A stretch of 64,000 bases of DNA from assembly GCA_002104905.1 (NCBI GenBank), contig MCFE01000213.1, positions 63,206-127,205 of the forward strand, read 5' to 3'. The stretch comes from Basidiobolus meristosporus CBS 931.73 (Eukaryota > Fungi > Basidiobolomycota). Positions 60,872 to 64,000 of this stretch are shown here, in pieces. Each line of letters opens with the position of its first letter. Positions within the stretch are counted from its first letter, which is position 1. The notes below the pieces were generated by a model. The model saw only the letters and a program-made list of their open reading frames with translations, ran no database searches and had not been told where the DNA came from. The position numbers and the translations under genes were made by a program.

Positions 60872-63800
60872 TGTGGTGGTGTATAGGTCCAAGGGAGAGA
60901 TACGTCCAACACTTCTCAAGTGTTTTGTGTGTGGGGTGTTCACTGGGTGCAATAACCTCTGGCAAAAGCTTGCTAGGAATACTTGGGTTCTGTCTCTAAT
61001 CTAATGTGAAGGGGGATAAAGCCACAAGCTTGTCAAGGGAAAACTATTGAGCTACAATTCCCAACTTAGTTGGCGTCTTAACAAAAGTATGTGCTGGGTT
61101 CAGCGTCCTTTGAGATGACAATGTACTAAAGCTTCCAAAGTCAAAACAACTGTAAACTCCACCAGCAGGGACTTGATAAGAATGCAGCTGTGGTCAATAG
61201 TTACAAAGACAGAAAAGTATCTTTGCCTGTACAAGAACAAACTTGGGAAAGAATCAAATATAATAAAAGATACCTACTCTGAGTATTCCTCACAAGTAGT
61301 GCCTCCAAGGTCAGTTGGCTGTCAGCGCGGTTTCCTGGGAGTGTCCTGTGGTCTAGGGTTGGAAGTTCAGGTAGCAGCAGGTAGCAGTGATCACACTAAT
61401 CAACAAGTCGGTATATTGATAAAAGGGATGATGATTTATTGTTGAGGGATAGCCTCCCTTATATACTTTTCTCACTGGCTAAGTGATTACTAATCATGGT
61501 GTTCCAGAAGGTTCCGGAGTTCAATAGAAATCTTAATGACATCAGAATGACCTAAGAATGTTCTAAGTAGGTGCCGGAAGGTTCTAAGAGGCACAGCACA
61601 TCCAACCAATCAGGAATCAGTATTCTGAAACCTGTGTAACATGGGGATACCATATATGGTATGGAAATGGTAGGGATGGTGACACGGGTTGATCATGTGT
61701 CACGGGTACTGGCGCGGGTACTTGCCTAATATAGAAGCACTTGTAACTAGTAATCTTACATAAAGTGAGGGGTAACTTATGCAATAAGGTAAGCAGGTGT
61801 GATAGTCAACCAGCTTATGGGATAGTACTGATTGGGTAAGACAAATGGGATAAAACTAAAATGAGTGTAGTAGGGATATAGGGAAGTAGAAAATAAGGGA
61901 ATGAGCACATCTGTCAGTGGGTGTCACTGTCACCCCACTACATCCACCCCCCTCTCAGCTTTGAACTTGGGTCAAAGCAAACTAATCTTGATGTGCAAAA
62001 TTCCTATGCTTGAATAACTTAAGTCGATTTCCAGCAACTGGTGCTCTCAACTGGGTGTTGTCAAGCTCAGATATGTAATAACTTCCATTTCCAATCACTT
62101 TGGAAATGAGGTAGGGGCCAGTCCTTTTGTTGTCAAACTTCCGACTCCATTGCTTGTCCAAGGTAGAATCATAGAGTAATACTGGGTCTCCTAGTGATAG
62201 TGGTTTTGGCCTTGTTGGGTGTGATTTGTCAAAGGGCACCTTGTTCTTTAGTCGTGTGTCCTTAAGTTGTTCAGCAGCTCTGCTAATATTGAAGTCATGG
62301 TGATCAAGTTGCTGTATGCGAGTTGCAAGGAGGTCTTCAGTCTGCATATCGGATCTCCAATTCAATGAGTTCCAAGTGACTGTGTTTAACTCAACTGGTA
62401 GTATGCAGTCATGTCCATAGAGTAGCTTGAATGGCAATAATCCAGTTGTTCTCTTGGTAGTAATTCTATCTGCCCAGAGTGCAAGATGTAATTGCTATGG
62501 CCACAGTGTTGTGTTATTCTCACAGGCCTTGACAAGAGAGTTCACCAATGGTCCATGTCCTCTCTCTATCATTCCATTGGCTTGAGGGTGGTAAGCTGTT
62601 GTGAAAGCTATGTGTATCTTGTACTTTGAGCACAACTCCTGGATCATTTGGGATGTCATCTCTCCTCTGTCAGCAACAAACTGTCGGATGCAGCCAAATC
62701 TGCAGATGATGTCTTCAAGTATAAATCTCCATATGGTATGGCTCTTGTTGTTGGGCAAGGCTCGAGCCTCCACCCATCCACTAAGGTCATCTCTAGCAAC
62801 AATCAGGTACTTTTTTGATCCAGCTGTTGGCATGTGGACAAGGTCAATACCAACCTTTTGCCATAGACAGATTGTGTAAGTAGGATGCAGTGGTTCTTCA
62901 TAACGCTTGGAGGATCTCTTCTGGCAGGCTACACATGACTCAACAAAGTGCTGGATATCATAGTACATGTTTTCCCAGTAGTACCTCTGAGCTGTGGTAT
63001 TGTATGTGGCTTCTCGTCCTCTATGTCCTCCTGGTTCTCCTTGGTGGATACTTGTCATGATGTTCAGTTGCTCTTGAGGGGTGGTGACTACTCTTCTTGG
63101 CATAAGTCCAGGCTTCACTCGCTTATAGAGAAGATCATCTTTAAGATAGTAGTGGTGTGCCTTCTTCCTGAGTTTTCCAAACTCCTGAATATCCATCCAA
63201 CTAGGTTTCTTAAGTGTCCTTAGATATTCCTTGATCAGACTCCAGGTAGTTCTCTCTTGGTCTTTGATGGCAATCTGTCGGATCTCTGCATCAATAATAT
63301 CATCAAAGTGAGGGTCCAAGTCTTCAAATAATTGTGGTCCCTTCCTGGAGAGTGCATCAGCCACAACATTTGTCTTGCCAGGGATATGTTTGACCTCAAA
63401 GTCAAACATTTTCAGCCATGCCATCCATCGGTTTGTGGCATCATCAGGTAGGTCAGGCTTGTTGATCATTCCTATAAGTGGCTTGGCATCTGTCTCCAGG
63501 ATAAAATGTGTCATGTAGAGTTGAGACTTCAGTTTCCTCAGCATCTTCACAACTCCTAGTAGTTCTCTCTTAATCTGTGAGTATCTTTGTTCTCTAGGAG
63601 AGAATAGGCAGCTCTCATATCTGCAGGCATAGCGGTTGCCATCTTCATCATCTTGTCCAAGTAGTGCTCCAGCTCCTATGGGGCTTGCATCCACTGTCAA
63701 AATAGGTGGGCATTCAGTGTTTTGATAGTCAAGAGGTCTTAGAACTGGTGGAGATACTAAGGCCTCTTTCAGTAATTGCATGGCTTCTTCTTGCTCTTCT

Positions 63801-64000
63801 CCCCAGATAAATGGGGTATTCTTTCTCTGTAGTTGGTAGATTGGTTCTGCTATCTCAGAAAATCTTGGGATCCAGATCCTAAAGAACCCACAAGCTGCCA
63901 CAAAGCCACGAGCTTGTGTTAGATTTGAGGGGGTAGGCCAGTTGCATATCTTTTGTGTCTTGGAGTCTCCAGGTGAGCGACCAAAGGTGTTGCATTTTTG
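60872..64000 (-). mobile_element. Ty3/Gypsy element C (no chromodomain): 3' LTR 60872-61942, PPT 61943-61959, pol running out of the window
   Basis: The LTR directly follows a G-rich PPT on the - strand. pol encodes RT end, RNase H and integrase. Confidence 0.93.
61982..64000 (-). pseudogene. pol: Gypsy C pol (RT end, RNase H, integrase) with one in-frame TAG at 62495-62497
   Basis: ORFs 62495-63901 and 61982-62437 are in the same frame. Motifs: VDASPIG, KRELL, ETDAK, HHCC, DLV..DRG..ERGH, GPY. Confidence 0.9.

Noticed and set aside
5772-64000. Neurospora-style RIP as the cause of decay
   Set aside because: The visible bias is CpG loss, and the near-identical 529-bp LTR pair with intact ORFs is unmutated. 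Not formally tested with RIP indices.
1-64000. tRNA or rRNA genes
   Set aside because: No cloverleaf, T-loop or rRNA signatures noticed by eye.

Overview
Eukaryotic (fungal; an early-diverging lineage is my inference) DNA with two very different parts. Bases 1-~5700 are CpG-rich host genes with short GT-AG introns: the 5' end of a CMK1/2-type calmodulin-dependent kinase (-), a probable small secreted protein (+), a weakly supported spliced gene (-) and a forkhead transcription factor (-). From ~5770 to the end is a CpG-depleted block of nested transposons. It holds one intact, young Ty3/Gypsy chromovirus (6322-12239), several decayed Ty1/Copia elements, and two copies of a non-autonomous Copia-LTR element whose interior is unrelated DNA. 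It also holds decayed Gypsy elements and solo LTRs from four other families, five or six decayed CACTA/EnSpm-like DNA transposons with a divergent second ORF, and a 103-bp perfect inverted repeat. The most notable signal is a ~320-nt module shared by the chromovirus 5' leader and the U5 region of a different Gypsy family's LTR. It has a long closing helix and compensatory base changes, which suggests an undescribed conserved structured leader RNA. All coordinates, alignments and pairings were read by eye; no searches or folding programs were run.
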